In this document: positions 49,796 through 63,200 of the stretch, in pieces
Position numbering within the stretch: the first letter of the stretch is position 1
Layout: each line of letters starts with the position of its first letter
Source: Antedon mediterranea
Lineage: Eukaryota; Animalia; Echinodermata
Assembly (NCBI RefSeq): GCF_964355755.1
Contig: NC_092676.1
Coordinates: 15,766,871 to 15,830,870, forward strand
Length of the DNA: 64,000 bases
Direction of reading: 5' to 3'
Position numbers and translations under genes: made by a program
The notes under the pieces: model-generated
What the model saw: the letters and a program-made list of their open reading frames with translations, nothing else
The model's database searches: none
What the model was told of the DNA's origin: nothing

Positions 49796-52700
49796 GTATT
49801 AGTGTCTATCTGCCATGCAAAGCTTTAAAACAAGCAGAAAATGGTGAAGTATTAATTGCAATGATCCTTTTCATTTAAAAATTAATAAAAACTACTAAAA
49901 ATGTTGTTGGAATAGCTGTAAATTTATATTTATTTATTATATTTCTATGATTATTAGAATATCAAGTTTATTGTAATTATATATAGATCATAGTGTCCAG
50001 TATGTATTGTTATTTATTCTGTATCTGTATGAATAATTTAATTTGCCTTGCATTTTTAAACAGTAACGGAAAATGATTATTTAAAATACCTCCAGGCATA
50101 CTATGGTGTTTATCTGTTTTTAAGTACTGTATGTTTTTTTAAGAACAATTAAGATAAACTAATGGAAACTCTAGGTGTGATTATGAGTACTGTGGAGGTA
50201 GGTATAAAAACTTGATTACATGGATAATCATGTTTTTTTTGTTTGTGTTTATTGTCATCAGTAGTTTTCATTATTTTTTCATACAATGTATTATTGAATA
50301 TTGTATTATACATTAAGGCCTAGAAAAGAGCATATTTAATATTGATCTTGATTTTAAGATTTAGGTATAGAAAAGTTGTTGCCAACATATTTTACATATA
50401 TAACTTTATTCTAGTTAGTATTGCAAAATATAAAAAATTAGATGGTTTTAAAATTAAACACCTACAATGGCGGTTCAATGTACACTATATCAAATTATTA
50501 GGCATAAACCGCTTTAAAAATATATTTGCACAGCCCTAACAGAAACAGATAAGCCTGTTCAGTGAACCTTGGCTTTCGGGAAGTATTTAATTTCAGCAAT
50601 ATTAAATTCTTAAAATTCAAATGTGGTGTTTATAAAATTACAACTAATTCCAAGAAATTTAAGGCTGTGTAAACATGTGGCTATTGTTTAAAAAAAGTGC
50701 TTCTTCCTTTTTCTTCCTATTCCTCATGAATATTAGTTCAATAAATAGGTAAAAAACTTGCAAGTGAAATATTCAGTTCACATCATTGCAACGATCTTCT
50801 TTGAAATTATATTTCTATGATTATTTCTTGGTCATTAAATAGGATTATATTGTAGATTTAAATGCTTGTACACTATTTGGTTGTGACATGATGTAATGAT
50901 ATTAAAATCAGCTAATTGAAGTATATTATACAGTAGTATTAATTAAGGTACTACCATAATATTCCTAGTAGGGCTTACAGTAGCTATTAAATGATTACAT
51001 TTCATTTGAGACTATCTCGCACTCCAAAAGAAAACAAAATAAGGTTTAAAACTTTCTGTGATTTGAAAATGTTTAATATCTAAATGTCTGTTTATAGGTT
51101 TACAGGCTTTTTGCACGAAACAAAAATACTACTATTTTTACTTTTTATATTTAAAAAATGATTGTGATTAGCCAATTCAATCTGTTATTGGCAATTTCAT
51201 CGCTGTTGGTTGTCAACTGAATAAATAACAAAAATTAAATACTAAATTTTATAAGTTAATATTTAGATTATGAATATAGATAATATTAATGTATGAGTAA
51301 AAGAATACGTCTGGTTACAATGCTCGATTTGGTAGAGCTAGATATAAAAGAAATACTAATGTATTAAACAATGTATTCAAATTATGAAACAATCTACAAC
51401 AGACTTTTTCAGTACATTACAATTTATAGCATACAGCCGACATAAATGCATAGTTACCGATTCATTTGTAATTAAAATTTAGGTATATTGTTAATTGTAC
51501 ATAGAAACTAGTATTCTGGGACCAAAATGTGTGCAATTTGCAGGCTCATTATGGTTTATGTGTTTATTTGTATTGAATGATTATATAAACAAGCCTTCAA
51601 GACCTTTTTATTTTAGACTTATTATTTTTTTGAATATCTACAGAGTTATAACATTTTATGTTATTGAGTGACAGGTGAATATGATTTTTTTACAGCAATT
51701 AATTTCAACTATCAAAACACTATAGTCCCAAATATTAACTGAATCGATTTCAACAATATCATGTTTTCTTTAGTTTAGGAATTTAATGAAAAATTACTAC
51801 TTATTAAATATTGTTTATCAAGTAATAGAAATTAAAATATGTTTTTGATTATTTGAAATACCATACTTCACTAGATTTATTCTTATGGGCATACCAGTGA
51901 GTAGATATTAAAAATAATGAACCTTTAGAACCTACATTCTATAATGTTGATGCATATTCTTTTTGGAACAAACTCAAACCTTTTGTTGAACATCACCAAC
52001 TTTTTGATTTGTTTAAAATTAATTTGAGAACCTCATTTATTTTGTAAATTTCAGCATACAGTACTGCAATGTGCTTTGATCATTTTTTTAAATTAACTCA
52101 ATATAAATGTTTTTAATTTTAGCGTCACACCAATTTATATTAGATTTATTTTCCATTTGCATTTGTTTTTTCCCGTTTGTATTGTTGACATAATTACTAA
52201 ACTGGTATTCTATTTCTAACAGCAAAAAATGTTATTTCCAATAATTAAATAATGATATCGTGTTTTAAATTATAATTTTAAATCTTTATTTTATTTGTCT
52301 ACTTTTTGTAATCAAATAGTAATTTTGTTATATAGTTTTCTTGTCGCCGCTAATGACATTGAATAAATATGAATAAATCAAAACAATCAATATTTAAGTT
52401 ATATCAAATTTCAGAGTTTTATATCGCTAAACTATGTTATTTTTTTAACATAGGAAATTAAGCACTTGCACTTAGTAAAGTCAAATTTAGTGTATTAACT
52501 TTCAGTTTTACATAGAAATAACAATTTGTGAAATTATTGTATGATGGTAATAAACAAAAACAAAATTAAGTACTTGGTAGTTTGTATGTATAATCCAATA
52601 TAAAGTTTAGCATTAATATGTATTACATTACTTTTTTCGAAATCTACAGCAAGTTTCTATTATATCCAGTAAAATAATAATTACTTTTGACATTAAACAT

Positions 52701-54552
52701 TTTTTTAGGAAAATATATTTTAGTTGCGGGAAAGAAACATTTTGGATATGTTGGTAAATTGTTTATCCACACCCTCTGAGTTTAAATGATTGCTTTAGAA
52801 TACTCTTTTTATAGAGGGTGCATGTGTGAATACAACCTAAGGTCACTAGAAGGTAGTTCTGCATGTGTAACTGTGTCAATTCAACAATTGACTAGCATTG
52901 TATTGAGAAATCTTGGGCCATATTTTTACCATGTTCCTCAACCCAGTCAATATTTGTATAATACATTTAGTGATGATTTTAACTCGGTGTTCTTCAATAA
53001 AATTGTTTAACATAACATTCTAATTTGTTTTCTTCTGATAAATAGTATTTTTATTCTAATGGATAGAAGATATTTGATGATCAACATCGACTGTATTTTC
53101 GATTTAAGTTTTGAGATTGTGGTTGAATGCAATCAATTTTCGCATGAATTTCTCCATGAGAAGACCAATAAAAGTGTCTGATTTTGATTCACAATTAAGA
53201 ATTGATAAATATATAAATTCACCATAGTTAATACATTATACTGTTAGCATTTAATGAATGCGTGATCTATTAGTATTTTTTTTATTAAGATCCCAATCTA
53301 GGTCAGTGTTCAACCAGTAATAATATTGCTAGTAGAAAAGTCAGATTGTTGGTAATTCTTTGAAAAAAGTAAATTAAAGTTTAGGTATTTATTCATGAAA
53401 GTTTTGAAACAAATAGACTCATAGCCATTAAGGCTAGTGTTTAATAAAATGGCCTCCCATAAATAGTCTTAAACTAAACAGGGAAAAAAGGTTAATTCAC
53501 TTAAGTTATTTAAGGTATTGCATTAAGTTGTTCTTAAAGGATAGTAGGGGTATACTTCACCATGCAAACTTTAAAAATCATTGCTACTGACTGTCTAAAT
53601 ATAAACATGTTCTATTTGAACTACAATTTACACTTAATGGTGTGATTTTAGTTTTTTGGAAGTAACTGAATGATTCAATTTTAAAGTTAGAAATTCCATG
53701 AAAAACTGTTTTAAAAAATGTGCTTGATATAAGCAGATATTGAATGCAAACATCATTAAATAAACTGTGAAAGAGAAAGGGATTTACATGTTTAGAAAGT
53801 TTAGTTTTATTTTGTCACCAAAAAAAAACAAGTGCCAGTTTTTTGCTGTATATACAGTATTTTAAAGTGTTAAAATAACTGTGTTTCATGTTTGTCACTG
53901 TTTATCTCAAATTTTGATGTCTGTGTTTTTTGTTTTTTGTTTTTTTTTATTGTACTAATTCATGTTATTGTACTAGTTGTTTTTATTTTATAAATTATTT
54001 TACAATATACTATATTTTTGTTTGATAATGGAAATAAGAAACTTTACTTGTTTTGGTGAGAAAAGTTTTTTTTTTTATGTCAATATAACATCTTAAATTT
54101 TAAAACCAAAATGTTTTATGCGTAAATTATTAGATACTTTACTAAGTAAATTTTTAGTTTGGGAATGTTATTGTTTTGTTGTTATTATCCATACAGGTAT
54201 AATGTTAAAAAAGATGTTTACCCAAAGTGTACCTAGAGTGGGTGTAGACAAAGTCAAACATGCACACTGTAAGACAGTTTAATATAACTGATATGCTTAC
54301 AACAATATTGTCAGGAGACCTGAATCTGTTGGGGTTATCTTTCTTTTCACTAAAGATTACCTCTGAAAATAAAAATGGCAATTTGTATAATGTAATATTA
54401 AATAATGGCTCTCTTAATAAATAAAATCATAAGAAACTAATGCATTTTTTACCCCAGTTGGCTCTCTAATGACAACTTAGAATTTGAAACTAATGTAATG
54501 TTGACCCGATTTGTTTAAGGATCATGTCAAACTTATTCTACTGCAGTTACTC

Positions 54553-54712
54553 TTTAACCTGTTTATGCATTCATATAGCAAGGGTTTAACCTGTTTATGC
54601 AATCATATAACAAGGGTTTAACCTGTTTATGCAATCATATAGCAAGGGTTTAACCTGTTTATGCATTCATATAGCAAGGGTTTAACCTGTTTATGCAATC
54701 ATATAGCAAGTG
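54553..54712. repeat. Tandem repeat, 32-bp unit x5
   Basis: tttaacctgtttatgca(t/a)tcatatagcaaggg repeated five times. Confidence 0.95.
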
Positions 54713-57194
54713 TTTTTGGTTATAATACACACTGTTTATTTAAATAAAACTACTGTAGAATGTTAATGCAGTAAAAAATTGTACTAGAATCATTTTTGAC
54801 ATGATTCCTTGATGAAAAATAAATAACAGAAAATCTGCAAGCCAGTGGGAAGTTATTTCAATATCTGTTGCAAATTGGTAACAAATTATGAACTTATTTG
54901 ATGTTCAATGTTGTAACAAGCATAATAATACACAAGGTTATTTACGTGTTGCAGAATTTGGTTTCATATTTTGTTTTATTGACTATTATTATTACAGTAA
55001 AATAATAGTTTAGGGCTAATTGCAAATAACCTCTTAAATATTGTTTCTTTGACAGATTAATCAAGCTAACGTCAGTGATAACAACTTTGTATAAAACTTT
55101 TATGAATGGGATGATTTTTTCTTTTAATATTTGTGGGGTAAAAACTGAACAATTAAACTTCTAAATGTACAGACAACTAGAAGATGCTGAAGGTAACAGA
55201 ACAACGAAGATGAAATAATTACAAATGATGAAGTGAAATTTGAAGACATTGAATACAATTGAGATGTTTTAAAGGATATTAGAAGTGGAGCAAGAAATCA
55301 GATTTACGTGGAAGAGTGCCGAGTTTACATTGTCAGAGAGCACCTCCAACATCCAAAGAATACTCTTGAAGCAGTATGAAAAGAACAAGTGCTGATCTCT
55401 TTTGAACTATTAAGCCAATTGTGTATATTTTGAAATTTGTCGTTTTTGAGATAAATGTAGCAAGAAGAAGATGCCATTAGTGTTACTGTTAGTTAAGTAG
55501 TGTTTTGTAGCCAAGCAAAGCATCTAAATGTATTAATGTATATAATGATGCTTGATAATAACCTATGATAATCATAATATGCTCTTAACAGTCTCATGAG
55601 GTAGTTAGAAGTAGCAATGTTCCTAAATTCAAAACCTACCTGCTAAGTTTGAATTATATTGTCAATCTTGATTTCTAAACTTGTAGTATAATATAATTAC
55701 ATTAGTATTTTCACATTTTTTATAACATGTACAATACTTGTTCCAAATTGTGTCCTTAATTCATGATTTTTTTTTTTAACCATATTCACCATCGATGTTT
55801 GCACATAAAAAATCAATCAGAGTAATAAATTTGAACATTGTTTTTAAATTTCATTAGTTTAATATGTGTTTGTATATATCATAATCTCTATAACCAATTA
55901 TCAAGTTTATTAGCACTATGCTTGCTTTACTTTGTAGATTATCAGTTATTAAAGTACACAGTTTAGTGGTTATATAATGTTGTATCATTTGTTTTTTTTT
56001 TTACTAGACACCATTGTAATACTGTACTTGTGTTCATCATACATATTTTTAAAATACTGTAAAACTATTCACGAGTATGTTTATAAAGTAAAAACACAAA
56101 CTGGTAAATTTAATATGCAACTAAACACTATTAATGAATTTTTCAAGGTATTTTCAAGAACATGTTTGATCCGAACAGTTTTTAATTTTTACTTTTTATT
56201 TGAGCGATGTACTTTATATGGTAAATCATTTTTAATGTAATCAGAATTTAATCTGTAACATTCAAACAACACTATTTAGAAGTATAATGCAAGAAATGAA
56301 TAAAATGTTTTCTATTTAAAAATGTGAATGTAGGAAGACACATGGCTTATGAAAATAATTAATTGTAAAATTAATTCCGTCATGTTTTATATAACAACCG
56401 CTATATAAAATGGGAACTATAATATTATGAAAGCAAAAGGCCTAGTAACTTATAACCAACAGGAGTATTAGGTATGTATTTAAGGTAAGTTATTTTAGCA
56501 ATGTTCAAAGTGTTCCAATGTTCTGATGAAAACAAGCTTGTAAGTATACATTTTTTCACAATTTTAGATCCTAAGATATGCATGCTACTTGGACGTTCCT
56601 ACAGTTTTAACATTTTTTAGTTTAAATATAAAATAAAGTATAAATTAAATTTGTGTTTCTAACATTAAGTTCCAGCTAATCTAATAGAGTAAAACTGCTG
56701 TGCTTGTTGTCATTTTAGCAATTATACCAACTTATGTTGTAAAAATAAATTTCAATTGATGGATCACTTATTCATTTGCGATATGCCAGATATGTATTTT
56801 GATATGAAGAGACTGAAGATTTCTGGAACTTGAGAGCAAATTTAGGTAAATAGACTATTCAATTTAATTAATAATTAAGGGAATTTTTCACTAGTTCAAA
56901 TTGTAATACTACATGGATCCAGTAAAGATGTATAGAGTTGTACTTTACATTGTGCAAGACCTGAACAGAGAATTTGTAATAAAATGTTTGAGAACAAATC
57001 AGATCTCCCATGTTTTATCTTGGCTGGATTGTTTTAGGGTGTGTGGCGCACCACACCATTGTGTTTGGCAATGGACTGATTGTAGAATTGGGAGTTTGAG
57101 ACTCATTGCTTGGCACTCAGAGTTACACTCAACATACCATAAAGCATATATATTTAAATAATCAGTCCCATGGCAGGGCATTTTTCAGTATTAT

Positions 57195-57460
57195 AATGCA
57201 CCTTTGATTGGAGGTTTGTGAGTCACATGATATTCAATAAAATATGGTACGCTAATCGAGACTGCAATGTCGTTTTGCGCATTCATTTTTATTATAAGCA
57301 ACCGACAAGAGTCTGCTGTTGACTGACCGTCTATTCTACTCCACTTAAAAAATTGGAGAGCTGCCTTTTTTAAATGGTTAAATGGTGAATAATGAATATT
57401 TCTATTTTCGCCTCATGGAATTATTTGCACTTTGCACAATTCCATTGCACTCAAATATTA
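57195..57460. repeat. Interspersed repeat shared with 18730-19000
   Basis: ttggagg(a/t)ttgtg(g/a)gtcacatgatattcaataa and cctcatg(a/g)aattatt occur at both loci. Confidence 0.6.
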
Positions 57461-58060
57461 TAGTTGAAATATATATCTTTGGATCATTTGCAGATACACC
57501 ACTTCTTCATATCTCTTTCTAGGCAACAAATAGCAAACGGAGCAAAAACATACTGGTACATATCTAATCTGAATTGTAGTTGTACAGTAAGAAACGCTTG
57601 CCCATGTTTTAAATGAATTGAAGAATTTCAATTCAGATAATTTCAATTCAGATAAAATATTATGTGCCGTGCCAATTTACCATGTAAAAACTGACAGAAG
57701 AGTTTAAATAATTACACATATACTATTTCTTGGACATTTAAGCAATTTATTTTTTAACCTTTTGTATAAAAATGAATATTATACTGGCCACTGGCTTGTG
57801 CAATAATACATAAAGTACATGGATCAAAGTACTGTTATATTTACCATGTTACTGAAAATACAAAATGCAATACTGAAATTGTTAATAACACACACATTGT
57901 TTATAAAAAGATACAGAAATATAAAACAAATTAAGCACCACAATTATTTGTTATCACCACAGCTTTGGTATGTAATATAAAATGAAGTAGCATGATATTT
58001 TATCAAGGAATTTTATATGGTCTCTGGCAGTGACTTTAATCAAGGAACTCTTGCAGACAC

Positions 58061-61000
58061 TTAGTCTTGGTCAAGAGTTTCTTTATCAAATGTGTATTCT
58101 CCAAGGCCTGTGCCAACATGCTTCAGTGATCCTATGTAATCAGAGAGTTTCTTTATGGCTTCAGTCTGCTCGGCCAGAAATGTGCCATCAATGAAATCAG
58201 CCAGCTATAAGACAATGTCACAAAATAAATTGAGATTGGTCCATGCAATTGTAGTAAAATCGTTCCATTATCCTTAATTTTAAGAATATTGGTTGGATAG
58301 TCATTGGAATGAGCGTGGATATTTTATTCAATATTTAAATTATAGGGTTGATTTTCACATGCAAAATAATCAAATTTCTGTAGCAAAACTCATGAAGCAA
58401 ACTATTAAGAATAATTAAGAATAATTATAATGCAGCCAAATATATAGGTATATTTACATGTTTGTCACCATGCTTCTCAGCTATTGCATGAAGGTCTAGC
58501 AATGACTTATTGACAGTCTTCTCAAGACCTAGTGCAACCTGCATAGCTTCCAATGCTGTACCCCATTCATCTTTCTCGGGTCTCTTTAAGAAAAAAAATG
58601 TAAATAATTTGTTTAACATGCTACACGAATAACAGACAACTAGTGAAGTGTTTGGGTGCCACAATCTCCTAACGCCCATGGATTTGATCATAAATAATTT
58701 TATGTCTAGCAGCTTCTCGCTAAACGTAATTTAATATACATAACAGCATTTACATTAACCGCTGGCCAATAACCAGTTAAATAACAAGACCGCTTGCAGG
58801 GAAAAATTTCATTTAAAAATTTTGTTTAGCAAAATTGCTAATCAAACTGATTGTTGAGTCTAGAAACATAGTTTTGTATTGCATTTTTTGCTACACAATT
58901 TGCAAAATGTGTAGCAATAAGGTTGTTTTGTATAGCTTTTTGCTATGCTACACTGGCGAAATTATTCCCTGCGCTTGGCCAATAAAATCTCAAAACATCA
59001 ATAATAAAATTCATCTCTTCACGATATTTCACACCTAGACTAAATGTCGATTGTACCTCATTTTGACTTTTTTAAAGTTAATTGAAGGCCTCCAACTTAT
59101 AGGCCCAAATTCTGTGACCAGTAAATGTGGAGTGGAGGACAAGTAAAAATGTAAATTTTACTGGTCCGCTTTTGTAGTTAAAAAAACCCCAACAGAGACA
59201 TCCGTAAAGATAGAAACTTAATGTCACAAATATTGATAAACTTACACAAATATCTTGTAAAACCATTCTGCCACCTCGTTGATTTTGGTATGTCATAAGC
59301 TTCATTGCATGTTCTCTTTCCTCATTGGAATTACTTTGGAAAAATTTAAAGCAGCCTTTTAAGGCTATATCATCACGGTCAAAATAATATGCCTGTATGT
59401 AAAAAAAAAAGGTTTTAAAATTGTATTATGTTCTTATTCTGTCTATTAAATAATGGACTGTTCTGGCCTAGAAATGTACTCCATTTAAAAAATGACTCGT
59501 CTATGCAGCATGGATAGAAATGATTTGTATCAATCAATTTACAATGTCTCTTGCCACCAGTGCACAGACTGCTCACAATTTAAAAACTTAATTGCAACCA
59601 GCTATACCCATGGGAGTGCAACCTGTGCATTCATTCATTCAATCTTTTATTTCAGAAACTTTGGTTCATAGAAAGTAAAAAATTACATATAAATGAAATA
59701 ATAAACAAGACTAATTACTACTACTCATCTCAGGATGACATTCCACCTGAAGAGCATCTTCGACATTGCTTATAATCGTTGAGATTAAAATATTTTTGCT
59801 TGCATCAAGTCTACACATCAGGCCATATATTAATTTTCTTAACAATTCATAAAAAGAAGGAATTCTACATTTCGTAAACATGAGGCTGGCACTGCAATGT
59901 CGAGGCCTATATGATGGCGATTGTACAGTAGCTACCAGATCCAGAATGTTATAATTGATTAACGTTAATATTTATTTACATTATCATACAATCCCAACTG
60001 TCCTGATTTTGATAGTAATGTCCCACTTTTTGATGTGTCCCAGTGTCCTGCATTTCAAAATATTTTATTCTATAAAAAATGTCACCGAACCAAAGAATAT
60101 AATACGACTGAACTTAATGTGAACCTTTATCTTTCGATTTCGATCTACCTCCCATAATGTATTTAAAAAGGCTTTTGGATATTTTAATTTCAACATTATT
60201 TAATGTGATTTCCAGGTGAGACCACTGTCTAGGTGGACACCAAGAAATTTAGCGGATTCAACCGTGGGGATGTCGACATTGTCCAGGGTAATTTTTATAA
60301 AGAGACTGGTCAATGTTTTTTGTAAACTTCTGAGGGGTTCCAAACAAGATTAAGTTTGAATGAATGTTTGAATATTGGGTGAGAGTAAATGATGGTCGTG
60401 TCGTCGGCATACAGAAAGAAAAATGGGAAAGAGAGGTAGATATCATTAATATATAAAATGAATAGAAGGGGACCAAGTAAAGAGCCATGGGGGATGCCAC
60501 AGGTAGAATAATTAAAGTTGGAGATAGAATCCAAGGTCCACGGATTCCATAATGTGATAATTTGAATAAAAGTATATCATGATCAATAGTGTCAAAAGGG
60601 TTGGTTATTGTTTTTAAAAAAAAACCAGAAAAGCCTAGCGGGTGTCAAGACTAATTTACAATGTCCCCAGTATTACCTGGCAGGGTTTTATTATAAAAAA
60701 AATGTTACATACAACCCCTGAGTACTGTACATGCTACGATTATTAAGTTATTGGTTTTTTAATTATTTTATTTATTTGTACGTTTATTATACATTAAAGC
60801 ACTGCTTATGTTTATTCCAAAGACTATGACGTTTTGTGGCGAAGACGATTGACACGTTTTAGGATGAGAAGTTTAACAATGTCAATATTTAAATAAATTT
60901 AACTTGTTTCGGAAAGAAAAATATTTAAATTAAATTTACCACTAGGCCTAACATGTTAATTATAGGCCTACTTGTTGATACTTATGTTTTATAATAAAAC

Positions 61001-61284
61001 CCTACCGGGCGTTGATTAGGCCAAATAGTAAATACATTTTGGGACGTTTCGACCCAAAAGTGGGGCGAATCGTCCCGGATTCCCTAGTCTAGTTGGACCG
61101 GCGACTGGCCGGCCTGCCTGCCTGCCTGCGTGGCCTGCCTAGGGTAGTTTAGTAATGGCATTTTTTGGTAATACAGGATACCTACTAATGATAAATATAC
61201 ATATGAAGCGTAAAGTTCTAAGTTAATTTGCTTATTGACAGCAGCTTCTGACTCTTCGTTGTAATTCTGGCGACATCGAGACAT
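58061..61284 (-). CDS. Ferritin, H-type with intact ferroxidase centre, 4 exons, 171 aa
   Basis: Minus-strand exons 61284-61186, 59392-59246, 58583-58458, 58204-58061, all phase 0 and GT-AG. Translation includes [81 protein letters not shown]. Residues equivalent to human H E27, Y34, E61, E62, H65, E107 and Q141 are all present. Confidence 0.95.
60185..60598 (-). mobile_element. LINE RT fragment related to the 31.7-kb copy, in ferritin intron 1
   Basis: [67 protein letters not shown]; internally deleted and frameshifted. Confidence 0.88.
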
Positions 61285-61405
61285 TTTACCACAAAAACCA
61301 ACCAAAAACAATTTCGGCCAAACAGTGTTTGTTGTATTCAGAAAAATATGAAACGCCAAATCTGCCTTCCAGTTTCCGTCAATTATTTGACGTGAGCTGG
61401 GATTT

Positions 61406-61414
61406 CTATTTATA
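61406..61414 (-). promoter_or_regulatory. Candidate TATA box of the H-type ferritin gene
   Basis: TATAAATAG on the minus strand about 120 nt upstream of the ATG at 61284. Confidence 0.55.
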
Positions 61415-61627
61415 GGCCTAACAATCGTTTTAAATAATGAGGTAGGCCTACGTTTGTGTTGTTCATCATTAAAGAATTTTTAATTTTAATCATTTGATTA
61501 GTACATAGATTGTTTATAAGCATTGAAGTAAAGTATTAAGTAGTAATTCTAAATAATTTTTAGTAAAGAGCCAAACTGCACTTTTTATTTATAAACTTCT
61601 ATCATTTCAATTCGAAATAGACACCAG

Positions 61628-63200
61628 CTATAAATTGGTATCCTCCAATGTATTACAACACGTGCAGTTGTCATTGGAAAGCAATTCTCTATCAAATGCG
61701 TGTTCTCCATGTCCGGGACCGACACGCTTGAATGATGTTACGTAATCAGCAAGTTGTTTAAGGACTTCAGTCTGCTCAGTAAGGCGTGTAGCTACAAACT
61801 GCATCAGCTAAAATAAAAAAAATCATATTGGTTAAATTTATTAAGCAAATGCAAATTCAGGAGGACGCAAGCAAACACCAATTCGAATAATCCATCGTTT
61901 GTTTGTCAAATCTCCTAAGGTTGGTTCTCACCTAGGACGCAACGCAAGGATGTAGACTCAACGCAAGCGAGTTGACCAATGACAAGCGATAGTTAATTCA
62001 TCGCTTGTGATTGGTCAAATCCCTTACGCTGAGTTACGTCGTGTTGCGTCTCTAGTGGGAACCAAGCATTAAGCTTGGTTTCTAACGCGTGGTTCCCACT
62101 AGCGACGCAACACAAGGACGTAACGCAACGCAAGTTAATTGACCAATCACAAGCGATGGCTTATTCGCTTGTGATTGCTAACTGTCTATAACTTCGCTTG
62201 TCATTGGTAAAAACGCTTGCGTTGCGTTTACGTCCTTGCGTTACGTTCTATTGGGAACCAAGCTTAATATATGACTAATCACAAGCTATTGGTTAATGCG
62301 AACTTTCGCTTGTCATTAGTCAACTCGCTTGCGTTGCGTCTAGGCTTTTATTTAGCCTGAATGGTGAATACAGTCACTGATCACGATGGAGCTGCCAAAA
62401 CTGAAAGAACAAGACAAAATGTGTCAAAAGCGTACTTACATGTGTGTCAGTATGTTTTACTGCTGTCTTATGAATGTCAATCCATGATTGATTAATATGC
62501 CTCTGAAGATCAACTGCAGAGTTCATAGCGTCCAAAGCTGTACCCCATTCATCTTTGACGGGTTTCTATGATAAAAACATTGTTAATAAATAATTAACAG
62601 ATACATACAGGTTGGTCCCACTACACAATAGCGTACGGTACGTATCGCATTTATGTTTAGGCGCCACAATCTCCATTACTCTTAATGCCCATGAATCGAA
62701 TTGGGCTGAGCACATAATTTGTTGATGACGTGACGGCGGTCTTGCAACTTCTCACAAAAAAAAAAAATGGGGAAACGTTTTAATCGGCCACATAAAGTTT
62801 AATCTTTAATATAACAATGATAAAAATGGCGAGCGATTTGTTCTATATTTCACTTACACTGATTTCGTTTAATACCACTCTGCCCCCTCGTTTATTTTGG
62901 TATTTCATAAGCTTCATTGCATTTTCTCTTTTCTCACTCGAGTTGTTTTTGAAAAATGTAAAGCAGCCTTTTAATGCTACGTCATCACGGTCAAAATGAA
63001 ATGCCTGGAAAAACAAACGTGTGCATAGATAACATGGTGCACATGGTATTTGCCTGAAACTACTACAGTATAGGAGAGGCAATAACGGATATCAAACTTA
63101 CTAATGATAAATATGTATATGCGGCGTAAATGTCCAAGTTGATATGTTTATTGATAGCAGATTCTTCATCCTCGTGATAATTCTGTCGACAGAGAGACAT
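61628..63200 (-). CDS. Divergent ferritin paralogue with substituted ferroxidase ligands and a Cys-rich C-terminal extension, 4 exons, 183 aa
   Basis: Minus-strand exons 63200-63102, 63004-62858, 62565-62440, 61807-61628. Intron positions match the neighbouring ferritin, and there are no stops or frameshifts. Translation includes [92 protein letters not shown] on the minus strand at 61584-61589. Confidence 0.9.
61915..62345. mobile_element. Cluster of three adjacent or nested family-A MITE copies in ferritin intron 3
   Basis: Repeated ggttcccactag..cgcaacgcaagga..gaccaat(g/c)acaagcga termini. Copies at about 61916-62070 and 62088-62266, plus a split copy ending at about 62345. Confidence 0.85.

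Noticed and set aside
61323-61328. CAGTGT resembling an IRE loop upstream of ferritin
   Set aside because: It lies on the antisense strand relative to ferritin and lacks a proper 5-bp upper stem with bulged C.
61285-61359. 25-codon in-frame upstream extension of ferritin (possible targeting peptide)
   Set aside because: It starts at TTG, not ATG; the ATG at 61284 has good context and matches the paralogue's start.
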